64,000 nt of DNA from an uncultured delta proteobacterium (lineage in GTDB: Bacteria > Myxococcota_A > Polyangia > Haliangiales > Haliangiaceae): contig CAWKDB010000010.1 of the NCBI GenBank assembly GCA_963848295.1, positions 1,152,001 to 1,216,000 on the forward strand. The letters run 5' to 3'. This document shows, one piece after another, positions 22,856 through 33,711 of the stretch. The notes under the pieces are model-generated. The model did no database searches, had not been told where the DNA came from, and saw only the letters and a program-made list of their open reading frames with translations. A program made the position numbers and the translations under genes. Position 1 is the first letter of the stretch. Every line of letters begins with the position of its first letter.

Positions 22856-24490
22856 CTACTTCACGCGGCCCGGGCACTGAAAGTCGCGATCCTTCTTCGC
22901 GAGGAACGTGTAGTACTCGCCCCGCTCGAGCAAGCCGGGGATGTGCATCGTGACCGGCTCGTAACCCCTGCTCTTCCAGAACCCGGCGTCGCCGCACTGC
23001 CATTGAGGGTTCGCGGGCGGCTTCGGCTTGTCGTGCAGCACGTAGCAGTTGAACACGAACGTCGGGTCGTACGACGCGAGCAGCCTCGAGCTGCCGGTCT
23101 TCGTATGGCCGGCGCGCGGGTTCGACCGCGGCTCATCGTGCGCGATCTTGTCCGAGACCAGCCCGAACACGTCGATGGCGGCCATCCGCGCGTAGTACGG
23201 CTGCGCGCCGGCACCGCCGACGATGCTGAAGTCGTCGGGCCGGAAGCACGATGCCATCGCGCGGCCGATCGTCGCGCGGTCCTCGGTGTAGACCTCGAGA
23301 TACGCCGGCGAGTCGATCCCGTGATCGTTGCGACAGATCCGGTGCGCGCACGACTCGACGCTCGCGAGCGTGAGCCGGACCTGGGTGACCGCGAAGCCCG
23401 CGACCAGCGCGATCGGCGCCGCGATCGTGACGATCACCGGCAAGAACGGGTGGAACGCGGGCGTGAATTCGACGGCCCGCTCGAGCCCGAGCACCACGAG
23501 GATCGCGGCGACGACGAACACCGGCATGATGAAGCGGTGCAGCCCCATGAAGTCGCCGCCGACGCTGATCGCGTACGGGATGTAGGCCGCGGCGAGTAGC
23601 CCACACGCGAGCGCGAGCGCGAACCGCGGCGTCCGCGGGCGGATCGCGACGAGCCCGAACAACGCGAGCGGCAGCACGTACAACAGGTGCGTCTGGGTCA
23701 GCCACGTCCAGATGTAGTACAGGCCGTTCGCGTGCATCTGCGCCGCGAACGCCGGGCTCGACCACGGGCCGCTCGCCTTGACGTAGTACGTGTTGGGAAA
23801 CCAGTGGCCGTAGTACCAGAGCCGCCACGCGAACCACGGCGCCCACACGACGAGGAACGCGGCCGCCGCACCGAGCTCGCCGCGCGCGATCCACGTCCGG
23901 CGCGCGACGACGTTGCACGCGAACCGCACCACACCGAGCACCGCGGCGACGAGCAGGCCCTCGGGCCGGGTCATCGCGGCGAGCGCGAGCGCGAACCCGG
24001 CGCGGCGCAGCGCGCGGTCGCCGTCGCCGTCTTCAGCCGCGACCACGCCGTCGATCGCGAGCACGCAGGCGAGCGTGAACAGCTGGGTCTCCAGCCCGCC
24101 CGAGGTCCAGCATGCGAACCCCGACGAGCACGCGAGCAACAGCGCCGGCACCGCGGCCCACGGCGTCTTGCGACCGAGCGCGCGCTCCATCGTGCGGAAC
24201 ACGACGTAGAGCGTCGCCAGCGCGCACAGCGTGCCGAGCACGCGCGACGCGATCTCCGGCGGAATCCCGGCGACCATCAGCAAGCCGAGCAACACGGTCC
24301 AAGAAAAGTTCGTATAGCCCTCGACCGGATGGCCGAGGTTGAACGTCAGCTGACCGTGCTCGGCGAGGTTGCGCGAGAACACGAACGAGATATAGGCGTC
24401 GTCGGTGACGAAGTTATAGACCAGCGAATGGGCGACGAGCACGCCGGCGGCCAGGGCGAGCAGCAGCCAGCGCGCGCGGTCGGACGTCAT
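22856..24490 (-). CDS. GT-C membrane glycosyltransferase, AftB-like (arabinofuranosyltransferase-related)
   Basis: DDAYISF..SRNL..G.L.FN.G..VEGYTN, GLET, TRPEG, PNTYYVK, GGDFM..RF, D.FGL motifs. Confidence 0.8.
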   Translation of the reverse strand: MTSDRARWLLLALAAGVLVAHSLVYNFVTDDAYISFVFSRNLAEHGQLTFNLGHPVEGYTNFSWTVLLGLLMVAGIPPEIASRVLGTLCALATLYVVFRTMERALGRKTPWAAVPALLLACSSGFACWTSGGLETQLFTLACVLAIDGVVAAEDGDGDRALRRAGFALALAAMTRPEGLLVAAVLGVVRFACNVVARRTWIARGELGAAAAFLVVWAPWFAWRLWYYGHWFPNTYYVKASGPWSSPAFAAQMHANGLYYIWTWLTQTHLLYVLPLALFGLVAIRPRTPRFALALACGLLAAAYIPYAISVGGDFMGLHRFIMPVFVVAAILVVLGLERAVEFTPAFHPFLPVIVTIAAPIALVAGFAVTQVRLTLASVESCAHRICRNDHGIDSPAYLEVYTEDRATIGRAMASCFRPDDFSIVGGAGAQPYYARMAAIDVFGLVSDKIAHDEPRSNPRAGHTKTGSSRLLASYDPTFVFNCYVLHDKPKPPANPQWQCGDAGFWKSRGYEPVTMHIPGLLERGEYYTFLAKKDRDFQCPGRVK

Positions 24491-24521
24491 CGGGGAAAAC
24501 ATAGTAGCCTTTCGCGGAAGC

Positions 24522-27165
24522 ATGCGACGGCCACTCGGTGACGTGCTCGGCACCGGCGCGCTGGCCGGCGTCTACGCCGGACTGGCGGCTGGGGCGATCG
24601 ACGCGATCTGGTCGTGGGCACCCGCCGCGCAGTTCGCACACGGCTTCGTCACGCGGCTGCGGTTCGTCGCCTACAACACCGTCGCGCACGGGCTGGCCGG
24701 GCTCGCGATCGGCTGCGTGCTGACCGCGTTCCTGCTCGCGATGTCGCGCGGCACCCGGCTCGGCGACTTGCTGCGGTTCGCGTTCGCGGATCACCGAGCG
24801 CGGCAGAAGGTCGATCCCCGCTCCACCGTGGTCGGCCTGTCGATCGTGCTCGCCGGCCTGCCGTCGCTCGCGGCGCTGCTGTTCATCGCGTATCGCGCGA
24901 CGCTGCCGTTCGTCACCGGCCGGCACGAGCTCGGGCTGGTCGTCGTCGTCGCGATGGCGGTGACGGTCGTCGCGATCGGGCTCGCCGCGATCGCCGCGTT
25001 CGTGCTCGGGCGCGCGCTCGAGGTCCCGCTCGGCGCGCTCGCACTGCGCGCACGCGCCGTGTCATCAGTGTGGGCGCCGTTCGTCGCCGCGGGCATGCTC
25101 GCGATCATCGGCTCCATCGTGTGGGCGCTGCACGACCGGGCCACTGCTCGTGTGCTGCCGCTGCGAGCGCCGATCGTGCTCGCGCTCGGCTGCGTGCTCG
25201 CGATCCCGGCGAGTCGACTCGCGCGACGCACGCTCGAGCACGCCGCGAAGCTTAGAGCCTGGCCGCGCCGCGCCGCCTGGCTCGCGCTGCCGGTGGTGCT
25301 CGTCGCCGCGATGCTCGGCGCTGGCAGCTCGCCGGCGGTGATCAAAGCGGCGACGATGTACACCGGGCTCGGCGGGCCGATCGCGCACGCGATCCGGCGC
25401 GCGGTCGATCGCGACGGCGATGGCTTCTCACCGCTGCTCGGCGGCGGCGACTGCGACGATAGCGATCCGACCGTGCACCCCGGCGCGCCCGAGATCCCCG
25501 ACGACGGCATCGATCAGAACTGCGTCGGCGGCGACGCGAGCCTGAAGTATGTCGCGAACGACACCGCGTTCGCGCCGGTGCCGCCGACCGTGCCCGCCGA
25601 CTTCAACGTCGTGCTGATCACGATCGACACGACCCGCGCCGATCACCTCGGCGCCTACGGCTACTCGCGGCCGACGTCGCCGAACCTCGACAAGCTCGCC
25701 GCCGACGGCACGTTGTTCGTCAACGCCTGGGCCCACGCGCCATCGACCCGATACTCGATGCCGGCGATCCTGACCGGCCGGCTGCCGCTCGATGTCTACT
25801 ACGATACCTCGGTCCCTGGCTGGCCCGGGCTGTCGATGAAGGCGACGACGATCGCCGAGCTGCTCCAACCGCTTGGCTTCGCGACCGGTGCGATCACGAA
25901 CTACGAATACTTCGACGCGCTACCGCCACATGGATCAAGGGTTCGCGGAGTACGACAACGAGGACGCGAAGCTGCACACCGCGGTGCCCGGCTCGGGCCC
26001 CGCGCACACCCACGGCAGCTCGTCGAAGCAGCAGAGCGACAAGGCGATCGCGTTCGTCGATCGCCACGCCAACGATCGGTTCTTCCTGTGGGTTCACTAC
26101 TACGATCCGCACTTCGACTACGAGCCGCACCCCGAGGTCCCGTCGTTCGGCAAAGAACCGATGGACCTCTACGACGGCGAGATCCGCTTCACCGACATGC
26201 ATATCGGCCGCGTGCTCGACGAGCTCCGCGCGAAGGGCCTGTACGACAAGACCGTCGTCGTCGTCACCGGCGATCACGGCGAGGGCTTCGGCGAGCACGG
26301 CGTGTTCGAGCACGGCTATCATCTGTACTCCGCGCAGACGAAGGTGCCGCTGATCATCCGCGTCCCCGGCATCCCCCCGCGCAGGGCGGCAACCCCCGCC
26401 GGACATATCGACATCATGCCGACCCTCGTAAATCTCGCCGGTGGCAAGCCGATCGCTGACATGATGGGACGCTCGTTAGTCGATGTACTGGCCGGCAAGG
26501 ACTTCGATCGCACCGTGTTCCAACAGCTGTCGTACGAGGGCAACCACGAGATGCGCGGCGGTGTCGACGAGCACTGCCACGTTATCTACAACATCAGCCC
26601 GGACACCAGCTGGGAGGCGTACCTGACCGCTACCGACCCGGCCGAGACCGACGACGTCTCCGACGACGATGACTGCACGGCGACGCGGACCGCGGTCGAA
26701 CACTGGTACGACGCGTCGCAGATCCCCGAAGGCGCCGCGGGCGCACTGCTGCACGAACGGCCGGTGATCGCGAACCCGCTCGACGCCGATCTCGGCAGCT
26801 CGGTGCGGTTACTCAGCGTCGATGCGCCCGCGAAAGCCAAGCCCGGCGAACCGATCGAGCTGACGTGGACGTTCGAAGCGCGCGGTCGCGTCGCGCCGGG
26901 CTGGAAGTTGTTCGTCCACCTCGACGGGCCGAACCGAGCGTTCGTCAACGGCGATCACGCGCCGGCGTGGCGGTTCGAGTGGTGGCACCCCGGCGAATTC
27001 ATTCGCTACAAGACGACGGTCACGATCCCGCGCGTGCCGCTCACCGGCAAGTACACGGTCAACGTCGGCTTGTTCCGCGGCACCGAGCGCATCCACGTGA
27101 CCGCCGCGCACGCCGAAGTCAAAGACAACGCGGTCGTCGCCGCGACGATCGAGGTCGGACCTTGA
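24522..27165 (+). CDS. Membrane-anchored sulfatase/alkaline-phosphatase-superfamily hydrolase or transferase with Ca-binding-type motif and C-terminal Ig-like domain; frameshift ~25917
   Basis: About 7 [65 protein letters not shown]. Confidence 0.85.
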
Positions 27166-29195
27166 CGATCCGCCAGCGTCGGCTGATCCACGCGGCCGGC
27201 TGGGTGCTGGTGGTGATCCCAGCGATCTACCAGCTCGTGTTGCTCGCGACCGCGATCGCCGGCCGGATCGGCTATCCGTACGACCTCGAGTGGATGGAGG
27301 GCGGCATGCTGCACCACGCGCAGCGCATCTCCGACGGGCAGCCGCTGTACGCGCCGCCATCGATCGAGTTCATCCCCTACCTGTACACGCCGCTCTACCC
27401 GGCGGTGCTCGCGATGCTCGGCAAGGTGTTCGGGCTCGGCTACACGCTCGGTCGCGCGATCTCGGTGTTGTCGCTCGTCGGCATCGCGCTGATCGCGCTC
27501 GTTCCCGCGATCCGCGATCGCGAGCGACCGCGCGGTCCCGCGTGGGCGGGGGCGCTCCTCGCGCTTGGCTTGTTCGCCGCGACCTATCCGTACGTCGAGG
27601 GCTGGTTCGATCTCGTGCGCGGCGACACGTTGTTCTTGTTGATGGTGACGGCCGGCATCGCGGCACTCCCCGGCTGGGCGAGGAGCGAGGGCGTCGCGGG
27701 CCACGGTCGAGTCGCCGCCGGCGCCGCCCTGCTCGCGTTGTCGTTCTTCTGCAAGCAGACCGGCATCTTCTACGTCGCGTTCGGCGGCGCGATCGTCGCG
27801 GTCGTGGCCTGGCGGCGGACCGCAACCTACGTCGCGGTCGCCGGCGTGATCGGTCTCGGGTTCACCGCGCTGTTCGATTCGGTGACCGGCGGGTGGTTCT
27901 GGATCTACGTGTCGAAGATCCACCGGGCGCACGACTTCAACATGCACCGGTTCTGGTCGTCGTTCGGCCACATCCTGTGGCACTTCCCGGCGCTGACGAT
28001 CGTCGTGGTGCTCGCGCTCGTCATCGTCCTGGTGACGTGGCGGCTGACCGGCGAGCTGCCCGCGCGCGCGAAGCCGTTGCTGCTGTGGTCCGCCGCGTAC
28101 GCGGTCTCGACCGTCGTGGGCGCGGTCGGTTGGGGCACCGAGTTCGCGCGCTACAACGCGTACATCCCGGCGCTGCTCCACGGCGCGTTCGCCGCGGGTG
28201 CGGCGATCCCGGCGGTCGCGGCCTGTGCACGGCAGTGGCACGATTCGGAGCTCGCGCCGACGGCCGCGGCTGGCGTCCTCGCGCTCGCGCTCGCCGGAAC
28301 GCTGATCACCGCGCGGTGGAAGCCGTCGAGCTTCATCCCGACCGACGCCGACGTCGCGGCCGGCGACGCTTTGATCGCCCACCTGCACGGACTCGAGGGC
28401 GACGTGTGGATGCCGTCGCATCCCTGGTACCTCGTGCTCGCCGGCAAGGCGGCGCACGTCCATCGCATGGGCGTGATGGACGTCACGAGGCGCGAGCCCC
28501 GACCGATCGCCGGCCTCGACGAGGCGCTGCGCACCCATCGGTTCTCCGCGATCGTCCTCGACAATCGCGATCTGTTCACAGAGCTGCCGCAGCTGCGCGC
28601 GACCTATCACGCGGCGGTGAAGCTGCCCGAGCAAGAGCGACCGCGGCTGTACAGCGGCGCGGGCGGCGCGCACATCCCTGGCGAAGCTCCGCTGTTCCCC
28701 GAGACGATCTGGGTGCCGGCGATCCCGGCGACGCCGCCGCGTGGCGCGCACGCGCTGTTCGACTTCGAAGCTGGATCGTGGGCCGGCTGGATCCGCTCGG
28801 GCGGCGCGTGGGGCGAAGGCCCGGCGGCCGAGCCGCTGCCCGGGCAAGACCTGGTCGCCGGCGCGACCGGCTTGCGTTTCGCGACGAGCATGCACGGCGG
28901 CGACGCGGCGACGGGCCGCGTGAGCTCGCCGGAGTTCGAGATCGACGGCGCGAAGCTGACGATGATGCTCGGCGGCGGTAGCGACGAGACGAAGCTACGC
29001 CTCGAGCTGTGGGTCGACGGTGCGATCGCGCGGACCGCGGGCGTCCCGTTGCCCGGCGGCGATACGCTGCGCGAAGCGAGCTGGGACGTCAGCGAGCTGC
29101 GAGGCAAGCAAGGCCGGCTCGTGCTCGTCGACGATGCGACGACGCCCGGCGGCCACATGGATGTCGACGACATCTGGCTGTGGGCGGCTCCCTAG
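27162..29195 (+). CDS. GT-C membrane glycosyltransferase with C-terminal carbohydrate-binding-like beta-sandwich
   Basis: PYDLEWMEG, YTPLYP, GR..S, RGD, KQT; C-terminal FDFE..W...G.AW...GD.ATG...SPEF...GGG...HMDVDDI; TTG overlaps upstream TGA. Confidence 0.78.
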   Translation: MTIRQRRLIHAAGWVLVVIPAIYQLVLLATAIAGRIGYPYDLEWMEGGMLHHAQRISDGQPLYAPPSIEFIPYLYTPLYPAVLAMLGKVFGLGYTLGRAISVLSLVGIALIALVPAIRDRERPRGPAWAGALLALGLFAATYPYVEGWFDLVRGDTLFLLMVTAGIAALPGWARSEGVAGHGRVAAGAALLALSFFCKQTGIFYVAFGGAIVAVVAWRRTATYVAVAGVIGLGFTALFDSVTGGWFWIYVSKIHRAHDFNMHRFWSSFGHILWHFPALTIVVVLALVIVLVTWRLTGELPARAKPLLLWSAAYAVSTVVGAVGWGTEFARYNAYIPALLHGAFAAGAAIPAVAACARQWHDSELAPTAAAGVLALALAGTLITARWKPSSFIPTDADVAAGDALIAHLHGLEGDVWMPSHPWYLVLAGKAAHVHRMGVMDVTRREPRPIAGLDEALRTHRFSAIVLDNRDLFTELPQLRATYHAAVKLPEQERPRLYSGAGGAHIPGEAPLFPETIWVPAIPATPPRGAHALFDFEAGSWAGWIRSGGAWGEGPAAEPLPGQDLVAGATGLRFATSMHGGDAATGRVSSPEFEIDGAKLTMMLGGGSDETKLRLELWVDGAIARTAGVPLPGGDTLREASWDVSELRGKQGRLVLVDDATTPGGHMDVDDIWLWAAP

Positions 29196-29219
29196 ACCGA
29201 ATCGTGCGATCGTGCGTTC

Positions 29220-29825
29220 ATGACCACGACGATGAATCGCCTCTCGCTAGCCACCGCGAGCACGCTGTCGCTGTTCGCGGCAACCGCGATCGCCGATCGC
29301 GCGGGCCCGTCGCCGTCGCAGCCGCAGGTGATCGTCGCGCCCCCGCGCCCGAGGCCGGTCAACCCGATCACCGCTGGAACGCCCTCCGCGCAGATCGCGA
29401 CCGTCGGCACCAAGCTCGCGGGGTCGTACAAGTGCAAGGGCGTGTCGTTCGCCGGCGACGGCTCGTCATCGCCGTTCACCGCGAAGCTCGTGATCAAGCT
29501 CGATCTCGACAGCGCGTGGATCCAAGCGCAGCTGGCCGAGGACGCGCCCGGCACGATGAAGCTCACCGACTTCCGCACGTTCGACGAGATCGCGAAGCAG
29601 TGGACGCGGATCGAGCTGCTCGCGACCTCGGGCCACGTCGAATCGACCTCGCTCGGCGAGAAAGACGGCAAATGGACGTGGACCGGCACGACGATCTCGC
29701 CGACCGGATCGATCCAGACGCGCGACTACGAGCAACAGATCGGTGCGAAGCAGCTCAAGCTGTGGGGCGAAGCGTTGCTCGCCGGAACGTGGACGAAGTC
29801 GTACGAAGTCACCTGCCGCAAGTAG
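29220..29825 (+). CDS. Secreted beta-barrel-like protein (DUF1579/lipocalin-like)
   Basis: Signal peptide, Pro-rich linker, LAGSYKC.G near N-terminus, terminal TCRK. Confidence 0.65.
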   Translation: MTTTMNRLSLATASTLSLFAATAIADRAGPSPSQPQVIVAPPRPRPVNPITAGTPSAQIATVGTKLAGSYKCKGVSFAGDGSSSPFTAKLVIKLDLDSAWIQAQLAEDAPGTMKLTDFRTFDEIAKQWTRIELLATSGHVESTSLGEKDGKWTWTGTTISPTGSIQTRDYEQQIGAKQLKLWGEALLAGTWTKSYEVTCRK

Positions 29826-29839
29826 CGCGCTCGGCGCGA

Positions 29840-31540
29840 TTACCTCGGGCGCTCGTAGACCGAAACGATCGGTACGCCGTCGAACCGCAGCACGAACACC
29901 GGTTGCACCGTGCCGTAGGACTTCCAGATCAGATAGTCGTGGCGATTGAAATGTAACTCGTGGATGACAAGGGCGAGCTTACTGCGCTCGATGCCCGCGA
30001 CCTCGTTGCCGCTGTCGGGATAACCCGCCGGCAATAGGCCGAGCTTCTTGTACCAACCCCACGCCGGCGACGCGTCGTGCGAGTAGACCGGACCGGGCGG
30101 CTGGCTCGCGATGAACGGCAGGACGCCGCGCGCGGCGACTCCCCAGAACTGGCGATTCATCCCGAGGTCGGCTCCGCCCGGCACACCGCCGGCGGCGGCG
30201 TTGTACCAACTCAACGCGTACGGCCGGCTCGCGAGCGTTTCGCTGCCCGCCGCGACGACGATCGCGACACCGACCACCCAGAGTGCGGCGATCCGGGCGA
30301 GCGGCTCCGAGATCCGCCAGCGCTCGATCGCGAGCTGCGTCGCGCGACGCGCTGCCCACCCCGCGCCGACGCCCGCGGCGATACAGATCGTCGGCAACGC
30401 CGGCATCCAATGTTTCTCCGCGCCGAAGATCGGCGTCGTGCCGAGCAAGAACGGGCCGATCGACGCCGCGGCGGACAAACCGAGCAACAGCGCCGGTAGC
30501 CGATCGCGCGTCGCGCCGCGCCAGCCGTTCGCGATCCACACCCCGGCGCCGAGCGCTGCGGCGAGCAACGTGACGACGGGCACGGTGAACAGCGTCGTGA
30601 CGAGCGCGACGTGCCAGGGGAACGGCGGCGCGTTCCAGTTCTTGCCGAGGTACTCGTAGTTGTAGTGGACGTGCTTGAAGTGAAATCCCAACCAGGCGAC
30701 CACGTGGCCGATCGGATCGAGCCACAGCCATGGCCACAGCGCGAACAGCACGAGCGGGCCGAGCACCACGAACGACAACACGACGCGCCCGCGATAGGCA
30801 AGCAGCCCGGCCGGCGCCGCGAGCAAGGGCCGCCAACCGAACTGGCGAACCGCGAGCACGGTGTAGTGCGCGCCGAGCGCGAACGGCAACAGCACCGCGT
30901 TGTGCTTCGTCGCGAGCGCGAGCCCGAACGCGACGCCGACCTGCCATGGCCACTTGCGGCCCTCGCCGGCCGGGGCTCGCCCCTGGCCGGCAGCATCGCC
31001 GGATGGCGATGCGGTTCGATCGAGACAGCGCCAGTACGCGTAGATCGTGGCGAACCACATCGTCATGATCGGCGCGTCGAACGCGGCGAGGCCGGCGTGA
31101 AATAACGCGCGCGGCAGCAATAGCAGGCACAGCGCCGCGAGCACGGCTTCGGCGAGCCCCCACAGCTCGAGCGTCATCGTGTAGACCATCACGACGAGGG
31201 CGGCGTGGGCGAGCGCGGTCGGCACGCGAAACGCGGTGAGCTCGTCGACGATCCCGAGCTTGTCGGCGAGCAGCCAGTGCGCGAGGCCGTCCGCGGTCTT
31301 CATCAACGGCGGGTGCTCCGAGTTCGTCGGGCCGCCTGGCGCGCCACCGAACGTCGCCGTGATCGACTTTGCATCGATGCCGTGACTGAACGTCGCGAGC
31401 CCGAGCCACCAGTCGGCGTAGCGCTCGCCGGCCGCCATGTAGACCGTCTCGTCGCGTGCGATGCCGACCGAGCGCTGGTTGTACATCGTGCACGCGAACG
31501 TGATCAGCGCGAGCGCCCAGCCGAGCGCTCGGCGCTTCAT
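29840..31540 (-). CDS. GT-C (GT39/ArnT-PMT-like) glycosyltransferase, paralog of 20814-22850
   Basis: RDETVY, NSEHPPLMK, LATKHNA, WPWLW.DP, PY.LSWYN..GG..GG..LG..RQFWG; ATGA overlap with upstream gene. Confidence 0.82.
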   Translation of the reverse strand: MKRRALGWALALITFACTMYNQRSVGIARDETVYMAAGERYADWWLGLATFSHGIDAKSITATFGGAPGGPTNSEHPPLMKTADGLAHWLLADKLGIVDELTAFRVPTALAHAALVVMVYTMTLELWGLAEAVLAALCLLLLPRALFHAGLAAFDAPIMTMWFATIYAYWRCLDRTASPSGDAAGQGRAPAGEGRKWPWQVGVAFGLALATKHNAVLLPFALGAHYTVLAVRQFGWRPLLAAPAGLLAYRGRVVLSFVVLGPLVLFALWPWLWLDPIGHVVAWLGFHFKHVHYNYEYLGKNWNAPPFPWHVALVTTLFTVPVVTLLAAALGAGVWIANGWRGATRDRLPALLLGLSAAASIGPFLLGTTPIFGAEKHWMPALPTICIAAGVGAGWAARRATQLAIERWRISEPLARIAALWVVGVAIVVAAGSETLASRPYALSWYNAAAGGVPGGADLGMNRQFWGVAARGVLPFIASQPPGPVYSHDASPAWGWYKKLGLLPAGYPDSGNEVAGIERSKLALVIHELHFNRHDYLIWKSYGTVQPVFVLRFDGVPIVSVYERPR

Positions 31541-32343
31541 CGCCGCGCCTCGGCGGCGAAACAGATCTGGCGCTGCGCCGCATCCGCGCTCGCGACGAAC
31601 GTGACGTCGGCGGTGCCGGGCTGCGTCTCGACCTCGAACTTGACCCAGCCGTCGTCGACGCCGGGATGCACGACCGCGACCCGGCGATGAGCGACCTCGA
31701 CCTCGAGCGTGCCCGGTGCGCGAATGTCTCGGCGCGTGAACACGTCGGCGAGCCCGACATAGCCGACCAGCGAGCTGCCGAGCGGCACCGCCGGGAACGT
31801 CACGCGGATCGGCCGGCCGGGCACCGGCGTCGCCTGGATGCAGCGATGCGGCTGAAAGCCGACCTCGGCGAGCTCGAGCTTGGCGGCGCCGCCGTCGATC
31901 GACGCACCGGCCAACAACGTGCGCACGTCGGCGAGCACCGTGACCGGCGTGCGCTCGAACAGCTCGACGCTCACACCGTCGGCATCGACCGCCGAGGTCG
32001 GGGTCAGTCCCGCGACATCGGCAGCGTGCGCGCCGCGGATCGACAGCTCCCAGATCCGCCCGTAGCGCGCGGCGTCCATCCGCGCCGCATCGTCGATCGT
32101 CATCAGATCGCCGAGATGGAGCCGGCCCACCGGATCGATCCAATCCGGGGCGAACACGATCAGATCGCCCCGACGAAACTGCGCGCGCACGAGCTGCGAC
32201 GCGTGATCCCACGCCTCGTCCGCCGGGACCGAGCTCGCGTCGACGTGGGTCGCGCACGTCTCCCATGCCGCGACCCCGATCAAGAGCAGCGCGGGCAAGA
32301 CGCCGAGCGTTGATCGAACCGGCAACGCGGTCGAAACTACCAT
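31537..32343 (-). CDS. Membrane-anchored periplasmic protein with C-terminal beta-sandwich
   Basis: One N-terminal TM, GDLIVFAP.W.DP.GR segment, translationally coupled to the GT gene; start could be 32361. Confidence 0.7.
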   Translation of the reverse strand: MVVSTALPVRSTLGVLPALLLIGVAAWETCATHVDASSVPADEAWDHASQLVRAQFRRGDLIVFAPDWIDPVGRLHLGDLMTIDDAARMDAARYGRIWELSIRGAHAADVAGLTPTSAVDADGVSVELFERTPVTVLADVRTLLAGASIDGGAAKLELAEVGFQPHRCIQATPVPGRPIRVTFPAVPLGSSLVGYVGLADVFTRRDIRAPGTLEVEVAHRRVAVVHPGVDDGWVKFEVETQPGTADVTFVASADAAQRQICFAAEARR

Positions 32344-32372
32344 GCACCCCGGCGCCGTCATACTCTGCGGCG

Positions 32373-33707
32373 GTGCGGCTGTACGCGGCGCTATTCGCGA
32401 TCGGGCTCGTCGTCTACGGCGCGCTGTCGTGGGGTCGGCTCGGCCACACCTCGGTCGCGCCGCAGTATCTCTATCAGGCCGACGCGTGGCTGCACGGCAA
32501 GACCTCGATCGATCCGCCGTTGCGCGACGCCGATTGGGCGAAGGTCGAGACCGTCGTGCTCGACGACGGCAGCGAGGTCTCGGGGCGGCGGCTGGTCACG
32601 CGCCCGATGTTTCACACGCTCGGCGGCGACGAGCTGCCGGTCAAGCGCGTCAAGCGCTCGCTCGGCGCGGTCTGGTACGTGTCGTTTCCCCCGCTGCCGT
32701 CGCTGCTGATGCTGCCGTCGGCGATCGTCGCCGGGCGGGCCGGCAACGACGTGATCCCGACGCTCCTCGTCGCGGCGATGATCCTGCCGCTGGCGCTGCT
32801 GCTGCTGCGCCGGCTTGCCGATGCGAAATTGTCGCAGCGAACGGTGCGCGAGGACCTCTGGCTGGTCGCGACGCTCGCGTTCGGCACCGTGTTGTTCTTC
32901 AGCGCCGTCCAAGGCAGCGTGTGGTTCACCGCGCAGATCGTCGGCGTCGCGCTCGCGTTGGTCTACGCGTGGGCCGCGATCGAAGCGAAGCGGCCGCTCG
33001 TCGCCGGGCTCGCGCTCGGCGCCGCCGCGCTGACCCGGCCACCGATGGCGTTCATGCTCCCGCTGTTCGCGTTCGAGGCGTGGCGCGTCGCGGCCGGCGA
33101 TCGCCGGGCGTTGCTGCGCACGCTCGTCCGGTTCGCGGCGCCGATCGCGGTGCTCGCGATCGCCGGCATGATCTACAACGCGGTGCGGTTCGGCTCGCCG
33201 ACCGAGTTCGGTCACACCTACCTCGACGTGATCCAGCAGCGCCTGGTCGAGCGCTACGGCCTCGCGAGCTACCACTACCTCGCGCGCAACCTCGCCGCGG
33301 CGTTCACGCTGCTGCCGGAGCTCGTCGACCGTTCGCCGTACATCCAGATCGGCGGCCACGGCCTCGCGATCTGGTTCACGACGCCGCTGCTCGTGCTCGT
33401 GCTATGGCCGCGCGAGCGTCCGCCGATCCATCGCGCGCTGTGGATCACGGTCGCGTGCGTGGCGCTGCCGTCGCTGTTCTACATGAACTCGGGCTGGGTC
33501 CAGTTCGGCTATCGGTTCAGCCTGGACTACATCGTGTTCCTCATCATGTTGCTCGCGGTCGGCGGCCGGCCGCTCGGGCGCGTCGCGCACGTGCTGATCG
33601 CGATCGGCATCGCGATCAACTTGTTCGGCGCGGTGACGTTCGGTCGATTCGACGGCAAGTTCTATCGCACCGGCGGCAATGCCTATGATGTCGTCGTGCC
33701 AAACTAG
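32373..33707 (+). CDS. GT-C-like multi-TM glycosyltransferase
   Basis: QADAWLHG, WYVSFPPLP..LMLP, LTRP, YN..RFGSP.EFG, GW.QFGYRFSLDY; TACTCT-N6-GTG. Confidence 0.72.
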   Translation: MRLYAALFAIGLVVYGALSWGRLGHTSVAPQYLYQADAWLHGKTSIDPPLRDADWAKVETVVLDDGSEVSGRRLVTRPMFHTLGGDELPVKRVKRSLGAVWYVSFPPLPSLLMLPSAIVAGRAGNDVIPTLLVAAMILPLALLLLRRLADAKLSQRTVREDLWLVATLAFGTVLFFSAVQGSVWFTAQIVGVALALVYAWAAIEAKRPLVAGLALGAAALTRPPMAFMLPLFAFEAWRVAAGDRRALLRTLVRFAAPIAVLAIAGMIYNAVRFGSPTEFGHTYLDVIQQRLVERYGLASYHYLARNLAAAFTLLPELVDRSPYIQIGGHGLAIWFTTPLLVLVLWPRERPPIHRALWITVACVALPSLFYMNSGWVQFGYRFSLDYIVFLIMLLAVGGRPLGRVAHVLIAIGIAINLFGAVTFGRFDGKFYRTGGNAYDVVVPN

Positions 33708-33711
33708 CCAG

